Below, in pieces: positions 48,073-59,643 of a stretch of DNA of 64,000 nt. Position 1 is the stretch's first letter, and every line of letters begins with the position of its first letter. The notes beneath the pieces are model-generated. The model was given only the letters and a program-made list of their open reading frames with translations. It was not told the origin of the DNA and did not search any database. Source of the stretch: Escherichia phage Mimir124; the sequence record PQ310662.1; one strand, written 5' to 3'. Made by a program: the position numbers and the translations under genes.

Positions 48073-49812
48073 TTACCGATTTTGCCTTGGTTGCATATAC
48101 TCAGGCAGTCCCTGTGCCTGACGTAAGTACCTTGCAGCACGCTCTTCGTCTTCCTTAGCTCGTGCTCTATCCACACTAGCCTGTGACCGGAAACCCCTTG
48201 GAGCCAGGTTAGCTGGGTCAGCTTGAACCTGTGCCTGTGCAGCTTGGAGCATTGCAGCAGCTTTAGTAACAGCCTCCTGACGTGCAGGTAAAAGAGCAGT
48301 AAGACCACTTTGTCCGGTGTTAATCTTGTTCTGGGTATTTGCCAGTGCAGCTACAGCAGCATCATACGCAGTCTGTGCTGCCTGAATATTCTGCATAGCC
48401 TGAGCACGACCTAGGTTACGAACACTACCTTCCAGTGGTTCTCCCCGTTTCACACCCTCAATTAACTGTTCTACCTGACGGTCATTAAGACGCATACCAT
48501 TACCGGCTTCATTGGTAATGAATGGGTTAACTGCATCAATAGCACGACTAATATAACCTTCCGGTACACCAGTCTGTGCACGCTGCATAACAGCAGCAGC
48601 CATAGCTGGTGACATATTCCCACGCTGGGAAATATCATTCAGTCGGTTCAGTACCCAGTTACGGTCAGCACCTTTAAAATCACCTTCCAACAAACGGTTA
48701 GCAATCTCACCTACTGGGGTATTATCAGTGACAGTACCGAGGAAGTCAGTATTAAGACTACCGGTGTTATCCTGCATAGAACGAGTACCAATCATACCCT
48801 GAGCCAGAGTAGATACTGCCTGATTGCCCTGATTATTCTGAACCATAGCAAGTGGGTCAGCCCCTACTTCAGCTTGGGCAATAACAGGTTTAATCTCTTC
48901 CCATGTCATATCCTTATAAGCACCAGGGGTAGAGTTAGGCAGTGCAGCCCAAGTATCTTTAAGGTTGCCATTCTTACGAGATTCGAAGATAGCCTTACCA
49001 ATCTTATCCTGGTTCTCAGGAGAAAGGGGCTGGCTTTGCCAATCTGAACCAAGAACTTTGGGAGCGAAGTCTTTCAGTGTAGCTTGGTTAATCTGGAACG
49101 CACCAACAGGTGAAGCACCCTGGTTAGACTTCATACCATCCTGGTGTTTAATTACATCACCAATACTCATTTGAGTAATAGGAGTAGATGTACCAGCAAA
49201 CTGGTAAGTAACATCGTAAGGGGAACCCTGACGAGTACCAGCAGTACCAGGAGCAGATGCAGCACCTACGCCATTGCCATATACACCCGGGTAAGCATTA
49301 GCCAGTAATCCCTGCAAGCGTGCCTGTGCAACTGGGGACAGGTTCTTACTATATGCTTCTGCCAACAGACGGGCATCGTTGGGGTTCTCAGCACCACGGG
49401 TAATCTGTGACATTACACCCATAGCTGCCTGACTATCGGCATCATTACGTTGAGCAACACCCAAATCAAAACGGTTCTGTGCTTGACTAATAGCCTGACC
49501 TTGTTGAGTCAGAAGTGTACCTGCTCTCTCATCCAGATTCTGGAGAGTACGCTGGTTTACCAGAGAAGGGTCAACTCCCTGAAACAATGCACCTGATGCC
49601 AAAGCATTACGATACTCAGTTGGGTCTTGATATTGCATAGCATTCATCATGACGGCATTGCCAGCCTCCTGCTTGGCAGCGTTCTGGAAATTACCCAGTG
49701 CATCACTTAAGCCGGAGGTGGCGTTACCAATCATGCTACCAAATGTGCGAATGCTGTCACCAACTCCAGAGAAGTTAGGTGCATCAACATTACGCCATGT
49801 TATCTGACTCAT
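48073..49812 (-). CDS. virion structural protein (579 aa)
   Basis: Gln/Ala/Asn-rich protein in late module upstream of vRNAP. Confidence 0.5.
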   Translation of the reverse strand: MSQITWRNVDAPNFSGVGDSIRTFGSMIGNATSGLSDALGNFQNAAKQEAGNAVMMNAMQYQDPTEYRNALASGALFQGVDPSLVNQRTLQNLDERAGTLLTQQGQAISQAQNRFDLGVAQRNDADSQAAMGVMSQITRGAENPNDARLLAEAYSKNLSPVAQARLQGLLANAYPGVYGNGVGAASAPGTAGTRQGSPYDVTYQFAGTSTPITQMSIGDVIKHQDGMKSNQGASPVGAFQINQATLKDFAPKVLGSDWQSQPLSPENQDKIGKAIFESRKNGNLKDTWAALPNSTPGAYKDMTWEEIKPVIAQAEVGADPLAMVQNNQGNQAVSTLAQGMIGTRSMQDNTGSLNTDFLGTVTDNTPVGEIANRLLEGDFKGADRNWVLNRLNDISQRGNMSPAMAAAVMQRAQTGVPEGYISRAIDAVNPFITNEAGNGMRLNDRQVEQLIEGVKRGEPLEGSVRNLGRAQAMQNIQAAQTAYDAAVAALANTQNKINTGQSGLTALLPARQEAVTKAAAMLQAAQAQVQADPANLAPRGFRSQASVDRARAKEDEERAARYLRQAQGLPEYMQPRQNR

Positions 49813-49824
49813 GATGGTTTCCTA

Positions 49825-50289
49825 TTAACGAGTTAGTTTATTGGCTGCAATGTAAGCATCAGCCGAAGACTGGTCACGGTTCTCTGCCGTAGCACGACTA
49901 CGAGCACGGTCTTCCAGTGCAGTGTTATAAGACTTAATCTGGTTATTCAGGTTAGTGTTAGTAACACTCTTAGTAAAGTTCAACTGGTCTTTGGCTAACT
50001 TATTAGCCTGGAAACCACTGTAAATATTAGCTAATGAACCAAGTGCACCTAATCCTAGTTGGAAGGTAGGTACGTTCATGCCCAACTGATTAGCTGAACC
50101 AGACAGGAAAGAAGTAGGGGAAGCTACTCCCGAACCTGCCCCCATACCAATAGCAGCACCTGGGTTGTAGTTCATAGCCGGGGTATTAAAGTTCTGATTG
50201 TTATTAGACATCCAAGACATAGCCGCTGGCTGTGGGGCTTGGTTACCTGTTAAGAATGACAAATCCATGAGGATTCTCCTGTTAAGCAA
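49825..50289 (-). CDS. virion-associated protein (154 aa)
   Basis: Gly/Ala/Asn-rich ORF; 8-bp overlap with upstream gene. Confidence 0.45.
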   Translation of the reverse strand: MLNRRILMDLSFLTGNQAPQPAAMSWMSNNNQNFNTPAMNYNPGAAIGMGAGSGVASPTSFLSGSANQLGMNVPTFQLGLGALGSLANIYSGFQANKLAKDQLNFTKSVTNTNLNNQIKSYNTALEDRARSRATAENRDQSSADAYIAANKLTR

Positions 50290-52924
50290 GGTCAGTATTA
50301 AGGGTCATGTCAGAGTAGCTGCCAATCATGTTTAAAGACAAGTCAGCTATATCCGAACCAGTCATAAGAGTACGTGATAAGAAAGAATCCATCGACTCCA
50401 TTGACACGAATTGCATAGGGTCAATTACACCCTGCCCAGCAGTACCAAACATTTCTTCATACTGCTTATTGATTGCCATCATATCAGTATTGTACTGCTG
50501 CATTACACTCTCTGCTTTCTGAATAGTAGCAGCCGTGGATGCATTAATATACTGACTAATACCATTACCTACTGAGCTGGTAAGCTGCATGATGTTTTGG
50601 GCATTCATCATTTCACCTGCTAAGGTAGATAATGATGTACCAGTAGACAAAGCAGTACCAACATTCATAGCTACCATTGAAGCAATAGCAGCAACGATAA
50701 AGCCTAGTTTATCTCCAAACAGTGAAGTGGATACTTTTGTGACAAGGGATACCAGAATCATTCCAGCAATGGCATTTGCTACAGCACCAACTATTACAGC
50801 AGCTAATCCAACAAAACCTAGTGATGCACCAACTGCACCATATGCCCCAAGTATACCTGCACCACCAGCACCAGCAGTAAATACCGATACAACGACAGCA
50901 ACCACAACAACTACAATCTTAAAGGCAGAAGACTGATACCACTTTTTCTTAACCTTTTTATATGAGTTCATTACTAAGTAAGAACAGGCAGTAGATAACT
51001 GAGTACTACGAACCAGTGACATTGAACGGTAGATGTTAGTGTGTAGTGGAATGATGAAACCACTCTCTTCTGCATCACTCATTGCTTCAGCAACATCAAT
51101 GTTTACTGATTTATTTTTATATACCCTGTTATTGTGGTGTAGACCCAGTACTCTAAGTTTACGGTAAGAGTTATTACCATCCTGCCAAAGTAATTCATAC
51201 TCCTGCATAGAGTAAAACGTGGGGGTAATCTCTAGTTTTTTGCTATCACTTGTACGTATGTTCTTGCGAGTAAGAGTTATATCTCCTGCATACCTGGCTC
51301 GTAGTTGTCCCTGTTTAGCACCAGCCCATGCTTGTCCTGAGTGGGTAGTTTCAGATGCGTAGTTCCAGCCAATAGTCATGTCGTATTTGTAATGTTTACT
51401 ACTATGCACCCTAAACTCACGCTTAGGTATGACTGGGTATTCCGGTAGCGATGGAGGTGTTCCAACAATCTGGCCTTCCTGCCTGTTCCACCATGCTACA
51501 TAGTCATCAACTGCATCATTAGCTGCCTGATAACCTGCAATGACTGCCTCCAAAGTAGGATAAGTTGGGTCGGGTGGGAATGCTTCAGTAGCCATCTGAA
51601 AGAAACGGTAGATGTATTCCTTAGCAGTATCCTCTGGTGTATTAAGAGATACACCGAATGAGCCACAGATGTATTGAATATCCCCAATGTCATCATTCTT
51701 CTTAAGCTCTGATGTTACTTTATTGAGTTTTCCTCCAGTAGCTTTATAAAGAGCCTTCTTGCAGTGAGGGTAGATTGGGTCATTCTCTACCCATTGTTTA
51801 TCGTTCCTTATTGGGATGAATGGGTAGAACCGGTTATCAGTAGCCTCAGTTTCAAACAGTGAGTCTAGTGCAACGTTACCAGAGTTCTGTTTATAGATAA
51901 GCATCTTAGGTGTACCAGCAGCAGCCATTTCTGTATCAGTACGAGTAGTCTGTGATGAATACTTGCGAACCAGTGACTCTGTAGTTGTAGTAATTGTGTC
52001 GGTGCGAGTAACACCACCACCTATATCAACTACATTGGTAGTTACAGCAGTACTGGATTGAATCTCACCAAACTTTGTATGAGTCATTACTCTGTCAGAT
52101 ACAACTACAGTCACATCATCAGGTTTCTCAGTGAATCCTCTACGATAAACCTTAACGTAAGAGTTCCAGTTATCCACACTTGGTTCTGTGACAGTGCTGT
52201 CTTCATCCGGCCTACCATCAGAGTATACAGAATGAGTCTGTATAGTCTTGGTAAGGTTAGTTGTATTAGCAGTCATATCACTTGAGATGGTAGTCCATAG
52301 CAAAGTGGAGGGTAAGTCATCCTCATCATCATAGACAGTAGTCGGACCTTCTACTGGTGGATTGGTAGTAGGTGACTTATAGAATGTGTAGTCAGCATAG
52401 AGATACAAAGCACCTGGTTCAAAGTTAGTAGGTGTGAATGTAATAGTAGAGCCTCCATCTAAGGAGGTCATAGTAATTTCATTGGTATCTTCATCAATGT
52501 CTATGTCGAATCGTTCCATGATTCGACTTGGGGCATTCTCATAAAGATACTGGTCACACCATTGTTCAAAGTCAGCAAAGCCAATCTCTGCTGCCTGAAC
52601 ATAGACAGATTCCCCAGCAGGTGGAGTAATTTGACCCTCTATAACAGTAGGGTCAATCTTAGCCAGTACGCCTAATGAAGAGCCTGCCATACCAACTTCT
52701 GAATCATAGTGGTTCTTACTCCAGCTGGAGAACAGTCGCATACGAATACCTGGTCCATTCAGATAACTATCAGAGATAGTATCTGCCATAGTGAATCCTG
52801 TATTGGAAATAATGTTGCCAATGACTACAGTCTTCATATAGTTAGGACGTTTATGTATATCCCCTGCCATGTTATAGACAGAGGATGCTACGTATACTTT
52901 GGTCTTCCCACTGAATAAGCCCAT
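50282..52924 (-). CDS. large virion protein with C-terminal multi-TM Gly/Ala-rich region (putative ejection/channel protein)
   Basis: 880 aa; C-terminal FKIVVVVVAVVVSVFTAGAGGAGILGAYGAVGASLGFVGLAAVIVGAVANAIAGMILVSLV indicates several membrane helices. Confidence 0.5.
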   Translation of the reverse strand: MGLFSGKTKVYVASSVYNMAGDIHKRPNYMKTVVIGNIISNTGFTMADTISDSYLNGPGIRMRLFSSWSKNHYDSEVGMAGSSLGVLAKIDPTVIEGQITPPAGESVYVQAAEIGFADFEQWCDQYLYENAPSRIMERFDIDIDEDTNEITMTSLDGGSTITFTPTNFEPGALYLYADYTFYKSPTTNPPVEGPTTVYDDEDDLPSTLLWTTISSDMTANTTNLTKTIQTHSVYSDGRPDEDSTVTEPSVDNWNSYVKVYRRGFTEKPDDVTVVVSDRVMTHTKFGEIQSSTAVTTNVVDIGGGVTRTDTITTTTESLVRKYSSQTTRTDTEMAAAGTPKMLIYKQNSGNVALDSLFETEATDNRFYPFIPIRNDKQWVENDPIYPHCKKALYKATGGKLNKVTSELKKNDDIGDIQYICGSFGVSLNTPEDTAKEYIYRFFQMATEAFPPDPTYPTLEAVIAGYQAANDAVDDYVAWWNRQEGQIVGTPPSLPEYPVIPKREFRVHSSKHYKYDMTIGWNYASETTHSGQAWAGAKQGQLRARYAGDITLTRKNIRTSDSKKLEITPTFYSMQEYELLWQDGNNSYRKLRVLGLHHNNRVYKNKSVNIDVAEAMSDAEESGFIIPLHTNIYRSMSLVRSTQLSTACSYLVMNSYKKVKKKWYQSSAFKIVVVVVAVVVSVFTAGAGGAGILGAYGAVGASLGFVGLAAVIVGAVANAIAGMILVSLVTKVSTSLFGDKLGFIVAAIASMVAMNVGTALSTGTSLSTLAGEMMNAQNIMQLTSSVGNGISQYINASTAATIQKAESVMQQYNTDMMAINKQYEEMFGTAGQGVIDPMQFVSMESMDSFLSRTLMTGSDIADLSLNMIGSYSDMTLNTDLA

Positions 52925-52925
52925 A

Positions 52926-53768
52926 TTAGTTCAGCCCGTTGTTAGACTTCAGCTTGGTCAAAATGGTATCAATACTTGCGTTAGTGAAACCATTTGGTGG
53001 ATTCAAGCCTTCATCAATAGTCTTCTGAGTAATCCATGCATCAGTAAACAATTTAGATGCTTTAACTTCTGCATCACGTTGATATGAAGTAATCTGCTGG
53101 TCATACAACTCCTTCTGCTTACCAATACTACCTTTGATTGGTAAAGAGTCAGAACGTGTTTCCATAGTCTGTGCACGTTGTACTTCATACTGCTCTTGCA
53201 GTAAACGCCCCTGAGCTGGAAGAATCTCATCCATATTGAACTTTGCAGCACAGTAATTCTGGCCCTCAATAGAGAGTTTCATCTTAGTTAAGGCATACTC
53301 AGACTTAGTAGACAGTGCCTGTACCTTAGCAAGTACAAACTGAGCCTTAGCTGTTGCCAAACCAACACGTGCAGTAACTGCCTGAATCTGTGCCAGTGCT
53401 GCCTGGAAGTAAGCAGAGTCACGACCCAGAAGGAATTGAACAGCGTTACCCATACATGCTTCCAAGGTAGCAATATAGGCTTTAGTGTACTCACCACCTG
53501 TAATTCGGTTTTCTTTAAACTCAGCTTTAAGGTGCTTACTAGCAGATTCCATTAATGCATCAAATACACCAGAGCCGCCTACTTCACGAGTAGTAAGGGA
53601 TTCGTTAGTGATTCGGGGTACTTCTGCAAAGATTGGTGAATTATCCCCACCAGGGATATCCCATTCAGGTCCAGTCATATCAATGTTGGGAAGGGTAAAA
53701 TCATCACCCTTGGTTAACTCTTCTAGGAGTCGGTTAGCTTCTACCTCAGCAGAACAAGACATAATCAT
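52926..53768 (-). CDS. virion protein (280 aa)
   Basis: Late-module ORF abutting the 880-aa gene. Confidence 0.45.
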   Translation of the reverse strand: MIMSCSAEVEANRLLEELTKGDDFTLPNIDMTGPEWDIPGGDNSPIFAEVPRITNESLTTREVGGSGVFDALMESASKHLKAEFKENRITGGEYTKAYIATLEACMGNAVQFLLGRDSAYFQAALAQIQAVTARVGLATAKAQFVLAKVQALSTKSEYALTKMKLSIEGQNYCAAKFNMDEILPAQGRLLQEQYEVQRAQTMETRSDSLPIKGSIGKQKELYDQQITSYQRDAEVKASKLFTDAWITQKTIDEGLNPPNGFTNASIDTILTKLKSNNGLN

Positions 53769-53838
53769 TCCTCTTGGTTCAAAAAGAAACGGCCCACGGA
53801 GTTACCCCAGTGAGCCGTGTTGAACTGTAGCTTATACG

Positions 53839-54480
53839 TTAATCGTTCAGGCTACCAGCAGCAATCTGTGCTTGAGCCAGTTGAGCCAATTCTGCTTCAG
53901 TCAACGGAGGCAATACTTCAATGGAGAACTCACGTGCTTCAGTTGCACGGATATCCGGTAAGCCATTCTTACCTTTACGAGTAGTAATGTTGATGAACTT
54001 ACGTTCTTTAAGGAACTCGTAGATACAGTACGGGATATGATAACCATTGTCGGTTACTTCACCGAACGGAACAAACTTACGTACAGTACCCATATATTCA
54101 TTAGCTACGGTGATAATCTCACCTGGCAGGTCTTTCTTCTTAGGGTCAAGGTTCTGGATACGTACACGAATCAGCCGAGTCTGTTCTGCACGAATCTTCT
54201 GACCCAGGGTCATCTTCTTAACACCTGCTTCTTGTTTAGCACCCAGTGGGTTAACAGCATCTTCTTCTACTTCTGGTTCATCGCTTGCTTGTGCAGCTTC
54301 AATCTTCTCACGAAGTTTCTCAACGGAGATGTTGTTAGAGAACTTAATATTCATCAACGTTGCACGTTGCTTAAGAACTTCAAGTTCACTAGGCATTGCA
54401 ATATCGTTAACGGTATCTTCGTTGCCCTGTACGTTCAGTTCTACGTCAGTGGTCGGTTTATCGTTAATGCTCATGTTCAT
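53839..54480 (-). CDS. hypothetical late protein (213 aa)
   Basis: ORF with GGAAAT RBS; directly downstream of capsid gene. Confidence 0.45.
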   Translation of the reverse strand: MNMSINDKPTTDVELNVQGNEDTVNDIAMPSELEVLKQRATLMNIKFSNNISVEKLREKIEAAQASDEPEVEEDAVNPLGAKQEAGVKKMTLGQKIRAEQTRLIRVRIQNLDPKKKDLPGEIITVANEYMGTVRKFVPFGEVTDNGYHIPYCIYEFLKERKFINITTRKGKNGLPDIRATEAREFSIEVLPPLTEAELAQLAQAQIAAGSLND

Positions 54481-54510
54481 ATTTCCTGTGGTTCATTTAG
54501 TTTTATTAAG

Positions 54511-54530
54511 AGGGGGACTAATGTCCCCCT
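54511..54530 (-). promoter_or_regulatory. strong hairpin immediately downstream of the major capsid gene (attenuator/stability element)
   Basis: agggggac-taat-gtccccct (8-bp GC-rich stem); on the minus-strand mRNA it is not followed by a U-run. Confidence 0.4.
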
Positions 54531-54547
54531 TGTTTTATTTCGGACTA

Positions 54548-55750
54548 TTACAGAGGAGCAACAGTCTTAATCAGAGCCAGACGTTCTGGGCGTTTAACCA
54601 GAATACCGTAGTACCACTTGATAGAACTGAAACCAGTCTCACCATACGGGTCATTACGGTCAGCAGTTTCTTTACCTGGCATCTTAGTCATGATGGTGAA
54701 CTTAACAGACTTACCATCAGTCTGGAAGCCAATGGTAGAGAAGGAGTCATCACCAACTACCAGCATCGGGAATACGTCGTAGTGTTCTTCACCACTAACC
54801 ATAGAAGAACGATAACCCGGGTTAGTAGTAACCTGAGCACCAGCACCTGCCCAATGCAGCATCTCAGGAACCTGGATAATACGGAACTTGTCGATACAAC
54901 CAATCTCACCATTCATCAGAGTACCAGCATCAGCATAGTGCTGAACCTCGATGAATGCTTTGTTACCGAACAGGTCTTTCATCGCTTTCAGTTCTGGAAC
55001 CAGCTCAGAACCTACGTACATTACACGAGTACCACCAAGTACTTTGGTATCAGTAAGTTTAGAACCAGTGATGATAGTAGTCTGGGTCGGAGTACGGTTC
55101 TCAGTAAGAATCTGGTCAAGACGCATCAGGTTCTTATAAGAAACTACAGACGGGGTAGCACCTTCACCAGTGATGGTAGCATCAGAGGTAGCAGCACCTG
55201 CATACAGTACAGTACCAGCAGCAGCCAACAGGTCTTTCTGGAGAACAGCTTCAGTCAACTGTACAGCACCGTTCATCAGTTCACGAGACAGGTGTTCTTT
55301 CAGTTGGTCATCAGAATCAAAGTCCAGGGACTCTTGAGTAAATTCATAGAAGAAACCGAACTTATGAATGGAACCTTCACGAGACAGACGAGTAAAGCCT
55401 ACACGGTTAACACGACCACCATTCTCTGTCAGCAGAGGCAGTTTAGAGGTGATGTTACCAACGTCTCTGGAAGAGCCATACAGGTTACCATTAACGATGG
55501 TAGCTCCATTAGCATCAATACCCTGGTCGTTGATGTTCTTATCATCAAGCAATGGAACGTACTCATACACCTTAACAGTCTTACCGTAGTTCTTCGGCAT
55601 GTTAATGGTGTTAGCCAGTGGCATGAAATACTGGTCTTTACGGGACTGAATAATAGCTTTCTTCAGCCAGTAATAGGTATTCATCTGGTCGGAACCAGCA
55701 CCATCAATGCTAGATTTCTGACCGTCAATTGGGGCGTTATAGTTTAACAT
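54548..55750 (-). CDS. major capsid protein (N4 gp56-like)
   Basis: 400 aa (N4 MCP is about 401 aa); position between scaffold-like acidic protein and virion genes; hairpin downstream. Confidence 0.65.
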   Translation of the reverse strand: MLNYNAPIDGQKSSIDGAGSDQMNTYYWLKKAIIQSRKDQYFMPLANTINMPKNYGKTVKVYEYVPLLDDKNINDQGIDANGATIVNGNLYGSSRDVGNITSKLPLLTENGGRVNRVGFTRLSREGSIHKFGFFYEFTQESLDFDSDDQLKEHLSRELMNGAVQLTEAVLQKDLLAAAGTVLYAGAATSDATITGEGATPSVVSYKNLMRLDQILTENRTPTQTTIITGSKLTDTKVLGGTRVMYVGSELVPELKAMKDLFGNKAFIEVQHYADAGTLMNGEIGCIDKFRIIQVPEMLHWAGAGAQVTTNPGYRSSMVSGEEHYDVFPMLVVGDDSFSTIGFQTDGKSVKFTIMTKMPGKETADRNDPYGETGFSSIKWYYGILVKRPERLALIKTVAPL

Positions 55751-55766
55751 ATCATCTTATTCCTGT

Positions 55767-56987
55767 TTAAAGACTACCCGGTACTGGGAGTTTAGCGAAA
55801 TCTTCATCACTCATAGCGAGTGGGTTTACAATAGGTGTTGCTTTACGTGTAGCAGCCCGATTGAGGGAAGCTGCTTTAGCTTGCTCACTGTTAGCCAGAG
55901 TCTGCTTAGGTTGTGCTACACGCACTACCGGCTGAACCACTGGCTTAACTGCTTGTACCGGTTCTGGCTTAGCTACTCGGTTAAATGCCCCTTGCTGTGC
56001 AAGGAGGTTACCGACGTGGTTATAAGCCTGAATGAACGGAGTACCTACCGGAATCTGGCCTAACATCTGAAGACGGTTCACTTCGTTTGCAATGGTGTCA
56101 TAAATACCATTCTCACGTTGTTCGTGAATAGTCTGGAGTAGGCCACGATTCTGGTAAAGAGCATCTTTACTGGCAGCATCCCATGTCGAGCCGATAACAC
56201 CTAATGTAGCTTGTCCTTCTTGAGTAGACTTTAAGTCGTCAATTTCGGTTGCAAAATCTGCTTCGGTGTCGGTAACACGGTGATTGCCACCCTGGTAATT
56301 AATTTCCTCATCTGGGTTAAAGTCCAGAGGATCTGTACCAGAGTCTTTGAGCAACTTCTTAATGGCTTCAGGATTCTTTTTATCCAGGTCAATCAGGAAA
56401 GAAAGTTTATCCTCATCCATTAAACCGTTGTTCTGTAACATCAGCATTACCTTACGGTAAGGCTTTAGTTCTTGCATCTTACGAGTATAGTTAGCACCCA
56501 TCTGCATCAGGCTAATGGCCTCCTCCGGTGAACGGGGAGTAATCACTTTGCCGTTAGCTTTAAAAGGAGCCATCAACTTTTCGTAACTTTCCTTATAGTT
56601 GAAGTCAGCAGGCAGACCTTCAGACTGTTTGCCTTCTTCTTCCTGTTCCTGGCCTGGTTCAGCAGTAGAAGGTTCAGCTTTAGTAATCGGCTCGCCGTTA
56701 CTATCAACTTCTGTGTCAACAACTTTATCATCAACTTTATCAGAAGTTAAAGGATTTGCTGAATCTTCTTCATCTAGTTCGACTTCAGGGGAGGTTTCTT
56801 CGGTTGGTAGGTCTTCAACAGCAGGGGTGTCAACTTCTTCTTCAGGAGTCTGTACGCCGTTGGTTTCTGGGTTGTTCTGAGTGGAAGTATCTTCCTCAGC
56901 AATAATTGCTGGGGCTTCCATATTCAGAATCTCATCATCCGACATTGCGAGAATGTCGGAAGCTGTGGTTGCAGCTTCCGTAGTCAT
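55767..56987 (-). CDS. putative scaffolding protein
   Basis: Strongly acidic, low-complexity N-terminal third (EEDTSTQNNPETNGVQTPEEEVDTPAVEDLPTEETSPE); located between portal and capsid genes. Confidence 0.4.
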   Translation of the reverse strand: MTTEAATTASDILAMSDDEILNMEAPAIIAEEDTSTQNNPETNGVQTPEEEVDTPAVEDLPTEETSPEVELDEEDSANPLTSDKVDDKVVDTEVDSNGEPITKAEPSTAEPGQEQEEEGKQSEGLPADFNYKESYEKLMAPFKANGKVITPRSPEEAISLMQMGANYTRKMQELKPYRKVMLMLQNNGLMDEDKLSFLIDLDKKNPEAIKKLLKDSGTDPLDFNPDEEINYQGGNHRVTDTEADFATEIDDLKSTQEGQATLGVIGSTWDAASKDALYQNRGLLQTIHEQRENGIYDTIANEVNRLQMLGQIPVGTPFIQAYNHVGNLLAQQGAFNRVAKPEPVQAVKPVVQPVVRVAQPKQTLANSEQAKAASLNRAATRKATPIVNPLAMSDEDFAKLPVPGSL

Positions 56988-57006
56988 AGGAAATATCTCC
57001 GGTTAA

Positions 57007-57351
57007 TTATTCGTCTTCAGGTTCAGCACGAACTGCGTCGAGTTCTTCTTCTACCTGTAGAATAACGTCAGCTTCGTTTTCGCCCATACGAATAGCGAGG
57101 TCAAGCCAACGACGTAAGTGACCAGCAGCTTGAGCCATGTTCAATGCATCTGCACGGTTATTAGCTTCAAGCAGTGGGTCACCAGACTCTTGCACGTAAC
57201 GTGCACAATCTTCCGTACAGAACTGGCGAAGGATTACTTTACGGAACAGTGGATTCTCCAGAAGTTTACGTACATCTTCTGCATGTGCAACTGCACCTTT
57301 AGCAGCTTCCAGTCGATGTTCCAGTCCAGCGATTGTTGATTCTTTACTCAT
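57007..57351 (-). CDS. hypothetical late protein (114 aa)
   Basis: ORF between portal and scaffold-like genes. Confidence 0.45.
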   Translation of the reverse strand: MSKESTIAGLEHRLEAAKGAVAHAEDVRKLLENPLFRKVILRQFCTEDCARYVQESGDPLLEANNRADALNMAQAAGHLRRWLDLAIRMGENEADVILQVEEELDAVRAEPEDE

Positions 57352-57364
57352 GTGAAGGTCTGCC

Positions 57365-59635
57365 TTACAGGTTCATGCCAAGAGCCGATGCTGGGTCTTG
57401 GCTAGGGTCATAGAATTGGGAACTAAGTGAATAAGCCGGGTCTTGCTGAGCAGCTATATCACGTTCTGGTATAGAGTTCCCATCAGTCAAAGTATTATAT
57501 CCAACAGCAGCAGATATGTTGGGGGTAGTTTCCCCTTCTTTAATAGGTGTTGTCAATGCCTTAGTTATCTGAAGGTTCTGGTTTCCTTGAGACTGTGCTT
57601 TTTGTTTTTCCATATCACGAGCATGTTTAGTACCAGATTCCTGTTCCAGATAATCCAAGTCTTTAAGGTCACCAGCAGAAGCAGCCTCTTTAGCCTTAGC
57701 CATATTGAGTGCAATCTTACTCTGCAACTCTTCATTCTCAAGCTGTGCTTTCTGAATTGCCAATTGCTTAAGCTGTTCTTCCATAGGGTCTGGTTGTGGT
57801 TGCCAAGTACGTAATTCATGAGCCAGGTCAGGCATACGTTTAAGTTCTGCAATCTTAGCTACGAGAGATAACGTAATAGTCTGGTCAACCGTATTACCCA
57901 ATGTTTGAACCATGAAGCTCAAATCCTGAGACTTCTGGTTATCAATTTCAGCAGTGTTAATATCAACCTCAATGTCGAAGTTACCTTTAAGGTCTTCACG
58001 GTTAATCTCTACATACTGCTCGTTAGTAATACGTACTACTTCTTTCTCAGATAAGAACACAGCATTCATTGCACAAATCTTAGTACCAATGTCTGCCATA
58101 CCCTTAGCTAATCGACGAAGGATTGCCATCTCTCGTTTAGATGCTGCATCAAGTGCACCACGAATACCAGCAGCCACGTCCCCATAAGCTGAGCCAGTTA
58201 CACCACCAGAGAATGCTTTAACACCAGTTAGGGATTCTGCTTCCTGGTTTTGCATCTGGGTCATTACTATTGCCGACTGAGGTAACTCTGGGAACTTATG
58301 TTCCATAATGGCCTGACTAGGATTACCCTGCATTGGGTTATATTCATAGTCTTGCCCATCGTCATATCGACGTCGGTTCAGTGTATCCAGCATCCCTTTA
58401 GGGTAGCCACGTTGACCATTTGCACTTCGACCTAACAGGTCAATCATCCCACGCATAGTTGCACCAAGAATTGCTTGGTTATCCCCTAATAGTTCAGCAT
58501 CAGCTTCACCAAAGAGTTCGCGTTTACGTGGCATGTAAGGAACAACTACTAAAGGTAACTTACCATCCGGGAATGGGTTCTTCTCCATACGAATAAGAGT
58601 AGAACCAATCCAGGTAGCAACAATTGGTTCCAGAGAACCATCATCGTTGATGTCGTAAAATCCCCAGTACTCATAAGCAACAACTTTCTTACGAAGTGCA
58701 TCCTTAAACTGGAAGTCACTAGGAGTTTTACTTTCATGGTCTGGGTCAGTCATAGGGCTGGAGCTTTCCCAATCAATCTTATCCAGGTTGTGATAACGGT
58801 CTTTGTTCTTCATGAGGTCTGCTTTGCATGTCTCGAATGAAATGACTGCATAAAGAGCCTTATCCAAATCACCATTACAGCTTGGGTCAATAACTACGTT
58901 ATTAGGGTTAAGCATTTCAACGGTAGGTCTGTTAACCAGTGCTTTCTCTACCTCTACCTCAGTAACTCCAGTCTGGATTGCATAAGTAGCTTCACCAGTT
59001 TCATTAAAGTAGTTAACAGCTTCCTTAATATCTTCAGACATTGTTTCATCATACTCACGAGGATTCTCAGCCTGAAGTTGTAAAGCCTGTTGAAGAACAT
59101 CTGCCTGTTCCTGTTTCTCAATGGGATACAGCTGGAAGACTGGGGTTTCTGTTTTAATCTTAACAGTCTTACGTTCCCAACCGATACGAGCAATACCAGT
59201 ACCATCGTCTACGATACTATGCACGTAATCATCCACCAGTTTTACTTTATTAAGCTGGGTACGGAATTGGTAGTTAAGAACTAACTCATTCTGACGTGCA
59301 GCTAACTCATCTTCAAAAGTAACAGGTGTTAGCTTAAAGAGTTTACTGGATGAGAGGAATGGTTCAGATAATGGTGCATAACGCCACTCCGCCTGACGGC
59401 GAACCAGTCTAGGCTGGACTTGTGAACGTCCCTTAATCTTTGGGGGTTTAGCTTTACCCTTGACTTCCATTAGGTCATTCCACTCACGAATCTGAGACAT
59501 GATTGCATCATGAGCAGGTTTAGCAGATTCCAAATCACCCTTCAGTAATTGGATACTTGGTTCCTTCTTCCAGTCCGTTAACTTCTCTGATTGAGTCGGG
59601 TCTGGTAAAGGCTTAAAAGAGTCTTGGTGTTCCAT
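57365..59635 (-). CDS. portal protein (N4 gp59-like)
   Basis: 756 aa; position upstream of scaffold and capsid genes; size matches N4 portal as I recall it. Confidence 0.6.
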   Translation of the reverse strand: MEHQDSFKPLPDPTQSEKLTDWKKEPSIQLLKGDLESAKPAHDAIMSQIREWNDLMEVKGKAKPPKIKGRSQVQPRLVRRQAEWRYAPLSEPFLSSSKLFKLTPVTFEDELAARQNELVLNYQFRTQLNKVKLVDDYVHSIVDDGTGIARIGWERKTVKIKTETPVFQLYPIEKQEQADVLQQALQLQAENPREYDETMSEDIKEAVNYFNETGEATYAIQTGVTEVEVEKALVNRPTVEMLNPNNVVIDPSCNGDLDKALYAVISFETCKADLMKNKDRYHNLDKIDWESSSPMTDPDHESKTPSDFQFKDALRKKVVAYEYWGFYDINDDGSLEPIVATWIGSTLIRMEKNPFPDGKLPLVVVPYMPRKRELFGEADAELLGDNQAILGATMRGMIDLLGRSANGQRGYPKGMLDTLNRRRYDDGQDYEYNPMQGNPSQAIMEHKFPELPQSAIVMTQMQNQEAESLTGVKAFSGGVTGSAYGDVAAGIRGALDAASKREMAILRRLAKGMADIGTKICAMNAVFLSEKEVVRITNEQYVEINREDLKGNFDIEVDINTAEIDNQKSQDLSFMVQTLGNTVDQTITLSLVAKIAELKRMPDLAHELRTWQPQPDPMEEQLKQLAIQKAQLENEELQSKIALNMAKAKEAASAGDLKDLDYLEQESGTKHARDMEKQKAQSQGNQNLQITKALTTPIKEGETTPNISAAVGYNTLTDGNSIPERDIAAQQDPAYSLSSQFYDPSQDPASALGMNL

Positions 59636-59643
59636 AGTTATTC

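Noticed and set aside
54329-55747. Plus-strand 472-aa ORF across the capsid gene region
   Set aside because: Entirely antisense to the major capsid gene; low-complexity Ser/Thr/Leu-rich translation typical of a reverse-frame artefact.
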